Origin: Eledone cirrhosa
Taxonomy: Eukaryota
NCBI GenBank assembly: GCA_964016885.1
Contig: OZ024740.1
Coordinates: 346,642,001 to 346,706,000 of the forward strand
Direction of reading: 5' to 3'
DNA length: 64,000 bases
Both the position numbers and the translations under genes were made by a program. Under the pieces are notes generated by a model that made no database searches, had not been told where the DNA came from, and worked only from the letters and a program-made list of their open reading frames with translations. This document shows, piece by piece, positions 39,960 through 52,792 of the stretch (its first letter is position 1; each line of letters opens with the position of its first letter).

Positions 39960-40745
39960 TTTAATACTTAGTATAATACTTAGAATAATGTTATCATTTT
40001 TAATGCATAAAACATTTAAAATTATAATCTGAAATAAATATACGAAGAATAAAAGAACGATATGAAGCAATGACTAATATTATTTGTTTTATTTTCACAA
40101 GCACGTAAGACAAATCTGAACAGGTAAATTACGGACTTGTTATAACGTCACCATTTAATATTAATCATTACTGTACTTTCATAAATGCAAAACATTCTGC
40201 ATTCTACATTGGTTAGCGAAAGTAATTCAAATTATTGAAAAATGAAATAATTAAACGTTAATGTTCATATTTACGCATTAATGCATAACGTTTGATTCGA
40301 TATTTACTAAATTTCTTTGTAGTAGGTAAATATATGATTGTCTTGGGGGTTGGAAAACAGAACACATCAAAGCGAGTAGGACCTCATGCATTCGTCTTTA
40401 TATAAGATTTTGCACAATATATATGTATATTTACATTTACATACACATGAAAGTAAAATACACCTACTTGAAACCTATGCTGGTATATTCTCTGACCATC
40501 TTGCTTTGCTATGTGTTGCTATTTTAATCTGCCCAAATACTTTGAGACGAATCCCAATGTCACACTAACATGCTTTTATGTAAATTTCGCATCCATATAT
40601 TTTCATTTTTGTTATCCTTATCCTGACTAGCTCAAATCAGTATATGCTCCTCTTGGAACCACAGAAATATTTTCTTTTTGGGCCTCGGAATTCGTAAATC
40701 TTCAATATCCAGGGTGTTACTACCACTACTACTACTGGTAATAAT

Positions 40746-41886
40746 GATTTCTTTATTATTGGCCACAAGGGCCAAACATTGAGAACAATACAAAGACAGG
40801 GACAGTGGGGGTATTCATGGAATCGAATTTTAAAAAATTAACAAAACAATTAAACAAAATGAAAAATATCAACAACAGTATTCCCCAATAGGGAGAGATA
40901 CCACTGAGGCGTGAAGGTTAGGCCATTATGTGGCAAATTTCCCCCCGTAGATCACAAGATGTTTTCTTTTTCCCTCAACTTACCGTATCTGCCGGCGCAG
41001 CTCTTGCACGTCCCGGTTCCAGTGAGATGTATTTCAACAGCCCCGGCTTCCACGGAAGGAGGGAGAAGAAAACATTGAAGGACCGATCACGTGATCTGAA
41101 ACGGTTCCAAAAGGTGTCACATTAGTATGACCCCAGAGCGTGTGCCGCTTTGCATGGCACCTATCCAATCTCTTCAGACGGGAACAAATCCAGCTGCTTT
41201 GTGAAGAGTCTATATGTATCAATGTTCGAACTTACAGAATGATTTCAATTGATCTTAATTGATCATAGCCTGTCTCTATGATATGGAGGTGAAGGTTGTC
41301 ATGTATGGACATGGTCAGGATTGTGAATGATTTCTCCTGCCCTATTAGACTGTTGACGACTAGCGCCACACTCTTTGTTAACACCATGTCCAAAATCTTA
41401 AATTATGTGTTCAACAGTATTATGGGCTTGAAATAAGCAATAGTGTCCCTCTTCTTGTCGTCTTTCCTCATCAGCGTTAATACGCCCGACTCACAGGACT
41501 GGGTGGTGTTTTTGTTTTATGTGTGTGTTTATACATGTAATTATTAATTGAGGAGAAGGAGAAGGAGGGGAGAGACTTCCGCATTTTTCCCTGCTTCACT
41601 GTTCATAATGTTGGTGGTGGTGGGGACGGTGTCACGTTTTTCAACGTTTGAGCAGCTGTCACTTGATAGCTGTCTTAACAAGAAAGAGCGTATTCAGTCC
41701 ATTTTTTTTCATGGGAAGAGGCTGAAAAATTATTTGTAAAACAATGAAATTAAAATATTTGGGGATTGGGCCTATGTGCAACGTTCAATCAACAATTTCT
41801 AACAAAAATATAACAATGAATGTAACGTAAACAAGTGAAAATTATCAAAACTTACGGAGCGATATTCACACACGTCTTGACAGATT
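40746..41886 (-). mobile_element. Tx1-like family D, heavily internally deleted (~1.1 kb), both termini retained
   Basis: A-like 3' end (TTATTGGCCACAAGGGCC...GGACAGTGGGG), RT scraps (PIILLNT, ILTMSIHDNLHL-like) and a 5' motif TCGCTCCGTAAG. Flanked by TAA/TAC repeats. Confidence 0.7.
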
Positions 41887-41897
41887 AAAGTACAAAG

Positions 41898-41910
41898 ATA
41901 ATAGTAATAG

Positions 41911-41959
<49 letters not shown>

Positions 41960-42034
41960 GCTGCTGCTGCTGTTGCTGCTGTTACTACTACTACTATAAC
42001 TACTACTACTACTACTATTACTACTAATAATAAT
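41898..42034. repeat. (TAC/TGC/TAA)n compound tract
   Basis: Direct read. Confidence 0.95.
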
Positions 42035-45000
42035 GATTTCATTTATTGGCCACAAGGGCCGACATATAGGGGAAAATACAAAAGACTGGGACAGTGGGGT
42101 TTTACAGAAAAATCGAGTAAACAATATGAATAAACAAAGTAACAATAACAAAGTAACAGTAAAGTAACAATAAAATTACAACAAGAAAAAAATTCCCTGC
42201 CCTTCCTAGCCAAAAGGAGGCGGCGGGTTGATCTTCACTATGGACTCGGCCGATAGCCGAATCCGTTCTAAACGCAACAACAGCTGTTCAACATAACTCC
42301 ACAAGTCAGTAATGCACGGACACTGGACGAGTGCGTGCAGAACGGTTTCGTCGCTCTGCGCGCATCTAGTGCAGGTCCGTCTGACAGCACTTCCGTGCCT
42401 GTAGAGTTTATCACAAACTGGCAGTGCCCGCGGTAGCACTGCCAAGCGAGGGATTTTTGGAAGTTATCCATCGTTCCCGGCTCGAAAGTCGTCCGGTACA
42501 GACTGGTTAGTTCGACTTCGTTGACTCCCAGAGCCTCTCTGAGTGCGTCGTCGCACTTGCCCACCACTAATCCTCTATAGAACTCGAGAGTGGAAGTTCC
42601 ACTGACCGCATTGCCCGCCTGGTAGAAGGCAGTGAGTGCCTGGCAACATTCCAGATGCCAGTCACCCAGTCCCAGTCTCTTCTTGACCCAGGACTGCAAC
42701 TCAGTCAAAGAAACGAGCTGCGGAAAGCCCCGTCTGACAAACGGCGACCAAACCTGTTCACCGTTTAGGAAGAATATCTGGAGATGCCGCAGCCTCAGCG
42801 CGTGCCTGCGCATCATTAGCCACGGCATGCCCAGCTCTCCACGTAGAGGGTGCTGGCAGCAGATGGACCGCCTCACCAGCGGAACCTGAGCCCTCCACGA
42901 GAATTTGAATAGGAGCCGCTCCAAGATGGCGAGGCGCGAACGGGGGCAAGGGACGACAGTCAGACGGTAGTAGATGACGGACGCGATGTACGCGTTCGCC
43001 ACCTCCGCCCGCCCTTTCAGTGATAGCTTTCTCTCAGCCCATTTCTGGGTGAGACTGACTACCCAGCCTGTCACCTCCTCCCAAATCTTATCCACCTGGA
43101 GGTCTGGCCCGAACCAATCCCCTAGCAACTTTACCGGTCCGTCCGTCCAGCGCCTAACGACGCTGTTAGACGGCATGAACTTGCCTCTCCAGGTGCTGAG
43201 TTGCAAGCCCACTGACTTTTCCGGGTTAAGTTTTGCTCCCGTCAACCTTTCCGATAAGTTGCCACCACCTTGAGGACAGCCTCCAGGTATCGATGGTCGA
43301 CCCTATCGAATGCTTTCGATTGATCTAAATTGACAAGAACCCCACCGAAGCAAGGTTTACTCCCTGCCCTCTCTATAATGTATCGCATTAGGTGGAGGTT
43401 GCCATTTATGGACCTAGTTGGGATTGCGCAAGTTTGCGCCTCCCCAACCATATCCCCTACGACAAGTGCCAACCTCTTCGCTAACACCCTGGCCAAAATC
43501 TTAAACTCTGTGTTGAGCAGATTTCTGGGCCTGAAATTGTCTAATGTGTCCCTCTTGTTCTCGTCTTTCCTTATCAGCGTCACTACGCCCCGGCTCACAG
43601 AACTGGGAATACTCCCGTTTTGCTGCCAGTTGCAGTAGAGGGCTTCGAGGAGATTGGAGAACAAGTCTGGCATATTTAAGTAAAGCTCGTAGGGCAGGCC
43701 ATCCATGCAGCCGACAAGGGCATCCTGAATCTCGGCTGAAGTAATTGGCCTTTAGCAGCACCCAGTGTCATCCGTCGAGAGTTGCAGCAAGCCATCGAGG
43801 TAGGGACTGAAGTCCACCACCATCTTTAACCCGCCACTTCCCCCGAACAACCGAGCAAAATGTTGTCGAAAGGCCTCACACATCCTCTTAGAATCGCTCA
43901 GCTCGTGCCTGTCTCTGCCCGTCAAAGACCGAATCGTGGTTTTATTACCACACGGCGCCTCTGCCACGCGGGCCCATCGAACAGCTTTGGTTCCCTCGTT
44001 TCTCAGAGCACGCGCCTTAGCTCTGACGATGCAACCTTCGTGTTTCGCATTGAAGAAATGGTCTAATGCCATTCTCGCCGCTAGCACATCAGTTGCAATG
44101 CCACTACCAATAGCCTCATCTAACTTATCTACCAAATCCCGCTCCTTTCTATTTTTCTCTAATGCTACTTCTTTGCTAAACTGTATCGACATTACTCTAA
44201 TCTCTCTTTTGAGAGCCCCCCACCATCTATTGTTGACGACTCCCCCTGTCAACTTTTTCTTAACTAAATTGTTGATCGGTCCCTGTAAGCCTTACGTGCC
44301 CGAAATGACATGTTTAACTTCAAGTAACCAGGTCCTAACCTACGCGTCTTATCTAGGTCGACCATACAGATCACAAACTTGTGATCTGAATAGACGACCG
44401 TTTCAGAACGTGGACAGCTTACACTATTTCTGTCTATTTTCCTAATGAATATCCTGTCTATATACGATCTAGATGACCCTATGCGGTTAGCCCAAGTCCA
44501 CACTGGCGCATTAGAGAAATCTAGTCGGTACCTGTCAGACAGTTGGAACTGGCTGATCAGGTTCTTGAGGATTTTGCACCCTCCGCTCCTATCGGATACT
44601 CCCACACAGTCCCAGCGTGCGTCTAAGATGCCGTTCCAGTCCCCCGCTAACAGTAAAGGGCGAGACGTAACCAGAAAGGCTTCCAGGCGTCTAAAGAAGT
44701 CCGGCCGTCCTGCCCCAGTAGGAGCATAGACGGCCACCAGTCTAAAGGCACCACCTTCATTATTGCTCACATCCAGGACCACCAAATTCCCATCCGGATT
44801 CCGGAAGATCGACCTTACCTCGAGATCCAGGCCTTTCCTAAACAGCACTGCCACCCGCCTCCCATTCCCGGCCGGCTAACAGATGCAAAGGTCTGATAGT
44901 CGTCGAAAATGGGGGCTAGTGGCACGTGTCGGAAATCCTGGTCTCGCTGACTGCAATTACATCCATTTCTATAGACCTGAGGTCGTTGAGCAGGTGACCC

Positions 45001-46722
45001 TGCTTCCGGGACGTTCCCAGGCCCCGAACATTTAAACATCCTACTCTTAATACGGCCATGTTGGCAGGTTAAACAGAGAGAGAGGAAGGTTTACTTACCT
45101 TCCGGGCACTTGTGAAGGTCGGGTTGTTCGACCTACATAGTTAGTGGGATTTCTTTAGGGAACCCCTTTAAAAGTCTTGAAGTGGGTTTTACGTTCGGGG
45201 TTCCCACGTCCCGAGGAAAGCTGTCTCGTATTTCTTTGAATATGTCGAGCGACATTCGCACCACAACCAAATCTTCCGGCACCCGAAATGTCCTCGATTT
45301 AAAAGTGTCCCCCTCATTAAGTATATTTTCACTTCGTGCTACGAGGACAATCAGTTCCTTGTTGGCCCTCCTGACGAGCACGAAGTTTTGTATGTTTTGT
45401 TGGTGTGATTTTATTTGTTTACGTGGCTGTATTGGTGATGGTTTTGGTAGTGTTGTTTCGGTTGTATCTGTGTTTGTTGTGATTGCGGTGTCTGTGATTT
45501 CAGATGTTTGTGTTTATATTTGTTCTTGCGTCTGTTTCGGTTGTTTGCGTTTGGGGGATTCTGCTGATGGTGATGGTGGTGTTGATGTTGGTGTTATTGG
45601 AGAGATGTTTGCGTGGGTGGTGTCTGCGTTTTTTTATTGTGTGTGCTTTTGTGCTTTGTTGAGTTGTTTTTTTTCTTTTTGTGTTCCCTTTTTTGTATTT
45701 TGGGGGATTTGGGATTTCCCTCATTTTCACTACTGGTAGATGAGGGGTCTGTGTCTGTAAGTGTGTCTGTATACATGTGGGAGGGTACATTATGACCTTG
45801 CTGGTTTTGCAAGGAGTCATAGCGTGTTTCATAGCGAGGGCTTCTGACTTGAACACCCCCAAAATGGTGCCGTACTGTCTGCCCCTCTCTATGTACTGGG
45901 TGTCTTCTCTGATGCACCTCAGCGTGGGATTAAAGCTGCCCTTTTGGTTTATGTTGAGATGCATCTATAATGCACTGTTTTGCGCTCCACTGTTCAATAG
46001 CTTCTACCGGGACAGTTAAGTTGGCCCAAGTTTGCTCTTGCTTGATGAGCTTCCATGCCTGGGCCAACTTGTCATCTTTGTTTGAGAGGTCCATGTTAAA
46101 GCATGGCCTACTTTTTGCTGCTGCCGCAGCGAAAGTGTTCTTCTTGTTTTCGGTGAGGGTTTTGTTGTCGTTGTTCTTGTTGGTGTTGTTGTTAGCACTG
46201 TCGCAGTTATTATTGTTGTCACCGTTGTTCTCGGTGAAGTTGGTATTGTTGCTGTTGGTGTTGTCGCTATTTGTTTTCATGTTAGTGGTGTCGATATTGT
46301 TGTAGTATTTGTTATTTTTTTTTTGTTATCTGTATTTTCGTTGTCGCTGTTACTGTCATTTTTTTCAAAATTAGAGTTCTCATTGGTATCATTGGTGTCT
46401 TTATTTACCTTGTTTCTGGTGGTGTTTGTGTTATCAATGTGTGTTAATTTCGCTGTAGCGCTCCTCTCAACTTCTACGTCGTTGTCGCACGACAGCCGAC
46501 ATATCGCTGGAGGGCGTGGTTTAGCCATGTTTTCTTTTCTTCGTAAATTTATTAACATGTGAAAAAAATGTTCAAATATTTGTGCCAAAAGGCCCAAATA
46601 TTATACTTTCCCCGTCTAAGGGTTTATATCCCTTACACAACAAGATATATTTAACGACAAATAATTTTAACAGGCAACTAAAGCATCTTACTGTGAGCGA
46701 GCAAAATACGTCCGCTTAGACC
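42035..46722 (-). mobile_element. Tx1 family A copy A2, both termini, several internal deletions
   Basis: Colinear with A1. Deletions near 42190, 43265, 43705 and 45773, the last removing the ORF1 knuckle. APE and RT motifs remain in ORF fragments. Confidence 0.94.
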
Positions 46723-46745
46723 AATAATAATAATAACATAATAAT
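46723..46745. repeat. (AAT)n junction tract
   Basis: Direct read, one interruption. Confidence 0.9.
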
Positions 46746-49700
46746 GATTTCTTTATTAACCACAAGGGTTTACATGAAGTATACATTAAGGACAGTGCAG
46801 GACAATACAGGACGGTACAAATGGGCATATCTGCGTGTAAAGAAAAAAAACAGAGGATGTAACAAAAAATAACAATGAAAAATTCCTCAATAGGGGGGGG
46901 GGGGACTTCGGAGGGACATTTGTGGAGAAAGCCTAGTAAAAGGCCACAGTGACCCTGACCACCAAAGCAAGTGCCCTCTCCCAGTTTTCCACATTTAATT
47001 TACAGATACGTACTCAGAGTAGGCCCATTCACTCGCGCCATTCTTGCTTCTCTCACCCATCTTTCAAGAAAATGCTGGGAAGAGAGCACTTCCCTCTCTA
47101 CCCTGATTTTCCTTTTCAAATGAAATTTGAAAAAGTTAATCAGGGCATCACCGAAGAGGTAAGTGCTCGTCTTCAGCCCTTTCAAACGTGTCCAGCATAC
47201 TATCTCTTTCGCCATGGCCACCAGACAGATAAAAACTGCCTGCCCTGCCCGGCTAAAGGAAGAGGGCGGGGCAATCCTCACGATGAACTCAGATGATAGC
47301 CGGATCCGTCCTACACGCGACAGCAGGTGTTCGACATAAACCCACAAGTCAGCAATTTTCGGACACTGGACGAGTGCGTGCAGGACGGGTTCGTCGCCCT
47401 GCGCGCGTCTCGGACATTCCCGGCTGACGGCACCTCCATGCCTGTAGAGTTTATCCCGAACTGGCAAGGCTCCTCGGTAGCACTGCCAAGCCAGAGATTT
47501 CTGGAAGTTGTCCATAGGTCCCGGCCCAAAAGTTCTTCCGAAGAGATTGGCTAGTTGATTTTCGTCGACGCCTAGATTTTCCCCAAGTACGTCGTCGCTC
47601 TTCCCCTCCACTAATCCTCTATAGAACGCCGAGGTGGAGTTTCCACCGATCACGTTTCCCGATTGGTCGGGGGCTGTGAGCGCCTGAAGACATTCCTGTC
47701 TCCAGTCGCTCCCTCTCGGTCTTCGCTTGACCCAAGACTGCAGCTCCGTCAAGGAAACGAGCTTGGGAAATACGTGTCTAGCAAACGGCGACTACACCTG
47801 ATCACCGTCGAGGAAGAGGTGGAGATATCGTAGCCTGAGCGCGTGTCTGCGCATCATCAGCCACGGCTTTCCCAGACCTCCTCGTAGCGTGTGTTGACAG
47901 CAGATGGAACGCCTGACCATCGGAGCGCGTCCCTTCCATAAAAAGCGAAAGAGCAAACGCTCCAGCGCAGTCAGGCGGGGCTTAGGACAAGGTACGACGG
48001 TCAGGCGGTACCAGAGGACAGATGCAATGTACGCGTTAGCCACCTCCGCTCGACCTTTCAGGAATAGCTTCCTCTCCGCCCATTTCTGGGTGAGAGAAGC
48101 CACCCTGCTTGTCACCTTGTCCCAGTTTTTGTCCGTCTGTAGGTCCGAACCGAACCAGACTCCTAGCAATTTAACCGGTCCGTCCAGCGTCCGACGACGC
48201 TGTTGGACGGCATGGACCTGCCTCTCCAGGTGCCGAGCTGCAGTCCCACTGACTTTTCCTGGTTGATCATTGCTACTGTCACCACTTCGTAGTCTCTTCG
48301 TGTATTGCCGATCGCCTCGACGTGTTTGGCGTTCGACACCACTACGGTGACATCGTCCGCATATGCTGACACGGATCTTCCGCATACTAGTTCGCGCGGG
48401 ACCCACCTCGACGTCTCCAGTTTGTGCAGTATTGGGTTCAGAGTCAATACGTACAAGAGGGACGAGAGGGGACATCCTTGGCGGACAGAGCGCATGATGT
48501 TGAATGGTTCCGAAAGGTTCACTCTCACCACAGAGCAGATGTCGCTGTGCATGGCAGCGATCCGCCTTCAGGACTGCCGCTAGGTAGCGATGGTCGACCC
48601 TTTTCGAAAGCTTTCGACTGATCTAAATTGATCATGGATCCACCCTTGCTAGGTTCCCTAGCTACCGTCTCCACGATGTATCGCATGAGGTGGAGGTTGT
48701 CGTGGATGGATCTGTCGGTAATGGCGCATGTCTGTGCCTCTCCCACCAGACCACCAACGGCAAGCGCCAACCTCTTTGCTAGCATCTTGGCAAAAATCTT
48801 GAACTTAGCAGAGTTATGGGCCTGAAATTATCTATGTTATTCCCCTTGTTCGGATCCTTTCTCAGCAGCGCCACCGCTACTCGGCTCACAGAGCTGGGAA
48901 TTCTCCCGTTCTGTTGCCAGTTGCAGTGGCCGGCCAACAACCTGCCTCCGAACAAGTCTGGCATCTGTACGTAAAGTTCATAGGGCAGACCATCCAAAAC
49001 AGGCGATTTACTCCTTGTGCAGCCAGTCCTTCCCTCCCGTACTTCAGCCTCTGTTATCCACTTTTCGCAACACTCCGCCTTAGAGGCCGAGAGCCGCGGC
49101 AGTCCTTCGAGGTAGACACTAAAGTACATCCTTCGATCCGGCCCGCCGCTGCCCCCGAACAGCTGAGAGAAGTGTCGCTAAAAAGCTTCACACATTTTCC
49201 CGGGATCGAGTAGCATGCGCCCGTCGTGGTCCACCAAAGACCGGATGGTGGCTTTGTTGTCACGACGCGCCTCGCCACTCGGGCCCATTGAACGGCTAAC
49301 GTCCCCTCGTGTCTGAGAGCACGCACCCTAGTTCTAACAAGGCAGACTTCGTGCTTTGCATTGAAGAATTGGTCAAGGGCCAATATCGCCGCAAGTACGT
49401 CGTTCGCGATGCCTTTGCTAAGCGCCTCGTCTAATTTTCTAACTAATCCTTCCTCTGCTCTTTTTTTCTCTATAGCTAAAACCTTACTATCACTAAAGAA
49501 CTCTATTCTAATCGCTCTTTTCAGAGCAAACCACCACTTGTTGTTGACCATGGCCCCGTCAACGCTCACTTAACTAGTTCGCTAAACCGGTCTCTGTAGG
49601 CCTTGCGCGCTGGTAAGGACGCGTTTAGCTCCCAGTAGCCGCGTCCTCGTCTATGAAGCCTATCTAAGTCAAGCACACAAATCCCGAATTTGAGGTCCGT

Positions 49701-52700
49701 GTAGCTGACTATCTTGAATTGTGGACAGCCTATGCTAGACCTATCTATTTCCCTGCAAAATACTCTATCTAGATATGATCTGGATGACCCGATACGGTTT
49801 GTCCAATTCCACATTGGCACATTCGGGAAATCCAATCGGTACCTGTCAGACAGTTCAAAACGCCTGAGCAGTTTGATGAGGCTCTTGCACCCCACGCGCC
49901 GCTATCCGCTAATCCCACACTTATCGAGCGTGCATCTAAGATCCCGTTCCAGTCGCCCACTAACACTAAAAAGCGGGACGTTCCTAGAAAGGTGTCCAGA
50001 CGCCAGAAGAATTCAGGCCGCCCTGCCTCTGTCGGGGCGTAGACAGCCACTAGACTGAAAGGTTTCCCGTCTCCCCTGGTCACGTCCAGGCACCACCAAC
50101 TTACCTTCTGGTTCCAGGAAAATGGCCCGTATGGCGAGATCCAAACCTCTCCGAAAAAGCACAGCAACTCCTCCTCCCGATCCAGGACGGCTGGGAGATG
50201 CGTACACATCGTAGCCGCCGAAGATTGGTGCGAAGGCCCGTTCTTCGAAGATTCTGGTCTCGCTGATGGCCACTACATCTATGTTTAGTGACCTGAGGTC
50301 GATGAGCAGGTGGCCCTGCTTCCATGACGACCCCAAGTCACGCGTATTTATGCTGCATATTCTGAGTGAGGTCATGTTGAAATGGAGTGGAAAAGATGGG
50401 AAAGATAACTTACCTTACTTCTCGTAGAAGAAGGATCGTTTCTCCATCCCTTTTCACTTGATCGTCTGGTGAAGGGACCGTTGATCCTCCCTTCGGCTGG
50501 TCGTCGGCTCTTCTGTGAGTATATCCGAATATACTCTCCTGTTGAGTGTCCCTCCTAGGTCTCTGAAATCACCAACTGCGTTGGGGAATTTAGTTTTAAT
50601 GTTTGTGTATTGTTTCTGTGATATTCTTACCAGTCTTATGTTTGTTGGTGTTTTGATTGGTGCTGGTATTATGTAGTCGGGCTGTGAAATGTCTGTGTTC
50701 AATTACGTAAGTCATTAGTTTCTTGTTGTGTGTACTTATTGCTGTGCATTTATTTTTCTGGGGGTTGTGTGTGGTCCTGCTATTTTCTTGTCGTTGTTGC
50801 TGGGTGTGTGTGTTTTGTTGTTGTGTTTGCGATGTTGGTGCTTGTGGTGGTGGTGTTGAAGATGTTGTTGTTGTTGGCGGTGGGGTTGCCGCCGGTGGTG
50901 ATGGTGGTGCTGGTGTGGGTGGTGATGGTGTTGGTGGTGTTGCTTCTGTAAGTCTCTTTGCAGTAGCCTTTACCCTTTTTTTCATTTCTTCCCTCCCTTT
51001 TGGAAGGCGACGATGCACTGCTTCTGCGTTTGTGCCTTCTTGCGACCTTTTGCCATCCCTCTCCCAGCTCACACTCCATGTCCGATTCTGTGAGGTCGGG
51101 GAGGGGTACCAGCTCCACTCTTTCACTTGTTCATGTTGGTGATAGTTGAAGGTGTGTCTCTGCTGCAGCTGCAGTTGGTATTTCTGTTGCTGTTTTTAAT
51201 ACTTCCACTGCTGCTGCTTTTCTTGATTTCTGTGGCGTGGGTATGGGTGCCACGGACCTATCCTTCCTGATTGCCGCCTGTCCTGTTGCTGGTAGCAGTG
51301 GAGCCGGTTTCGGAAGGAGGGGGTTTTCTCCTTTATCAGGGTCTTTTCATTGCAGAAGTCTTTGAGGTGAGTCTTCGACCCATAGCGAAAGCATTTCGGG
51401 CGTTTGCCCTCAACACTTATGGGTAGTTAAGTGCCGTTATCGAAGTCTATCACATCCGGGATAGCTTCGATGCACTCCTGGTTGGTTTCAATTAACATCT
51501 CAATGGAGGTGCCTACACAATCTTCTACTTTTTTCTGTATTTGCGGTAGATTTGTTTTGTCCTCGATTCCGACGAGGAAAGACGCGGCCAGCCAAGAAGG
51601 CGCCATACCGGGGCGGGGAACGTAGGTCAGTTTGAGCCTCACAATTTTTTGCCGGCAGTAGGAGGGTACCAACAACATTTCCTCGCTCCTTAGGGTCACT
51701 AAGGATTGAGCCTTTGAGTGTGGCAAAAACACGTACACGGAGGCATATTTCTTGCCTCGGGTGATATGCGTTTTCCGCTGCCACACACACTTTAAGGCTT
51801 TTTGTGTTTGGGCCTCTGTGGCCCTTTCAACCCTACGTGATTTTGTGCTTACTGTACGGTACGTGACCGTACAGTGCTGTTTTGTTTAGAAAAATGTTTC
51901 GGCTACCTTGCAGATTACTCGGTGTCCGGTTTTCGTCACCATCTTCTTTGCTTCCTGTAATTCCTCATTTATTACAATGATCGTTTCCAGCTTCTCTGCG
52001 ATACCTGCAAACGAGATTGGTTTTTCTTCCTTGTTGTTGTTGTTGTTGTTGTTGTCATCAGAGCTGCTGTTACCTTTGTTGTTGCTGCTGGTACTACGAC
52101 CGCCGCCACCGCTGTTGCTGTGGTTGTTGTTGTTGCTGCTGCTGCTGTTGTTGTTGCTGTTGCTGCTGTTGCTGTTTTTGTTTATGCTGCTGCTGATGTT
52201 GTTGCGGCTGTTACTAGTGTTTTCCTTGTCACTGTTGGTGCTGCTGCTATTATTACAGCTGCTGCTTCTATTCTTCATGACGTCAGTCGAATGAAATGGC
52301 TTTCCGTATTTAACGCACACATTTTTCGTCGTTGTCGTCGTCGTGGAGAAATGTTCCACGGTATGCACGTTCCCTTGGTGAAAGCTACCAGAAACTATAT
52401 TTTTCTTTGTCTTTAATGGCGTCGCTTGCGAAAGAGGCGACACCACATTTAAAGAAGGGAGGGAGAGAGACAGTCTTCTCTCTTATGTAATGACGATTGA
52501 GGAAGAAGAGGACGGAAAGAGTGGGTGTGACTTGTGAAAATTCTTTTTTGTAGCCATGTTTTTTATTACGGTTTAAAATGAATATTGGGCACAAAACCCC
52601 AATAAGCGGTTATTTAACCCAGAAGGGCCAAATAACGGGCAGAATGACCCCTCTCACGAGGAGGAGGGTGTTTTTATCTACAATGTGGTTCAAGTTTTAA

Positions 52701-52774
52701 ACAATTTGCAATTGTTATAGCGGTTAAAAATTAATATACCTTACAGAACCGAGCCTTCGTCAACCATAGCATTC
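46746..52774 (-). mobile_element. Tx1 family B copy B4, full length, decayed
   Basis: ORF1 from about 52557, ORF2 50375-47000 (APE, VRQGCPLS, AYADD, C-terminal zinc finger). Termini match B1 and B3. Confidence 0.95.
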
Positions 52775-52792
52775 AAAAATAATAATAATAAT
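52775..52792. repeat. (AAT)n junction tract
   Basis: Direct read. Confidence 0.9.
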
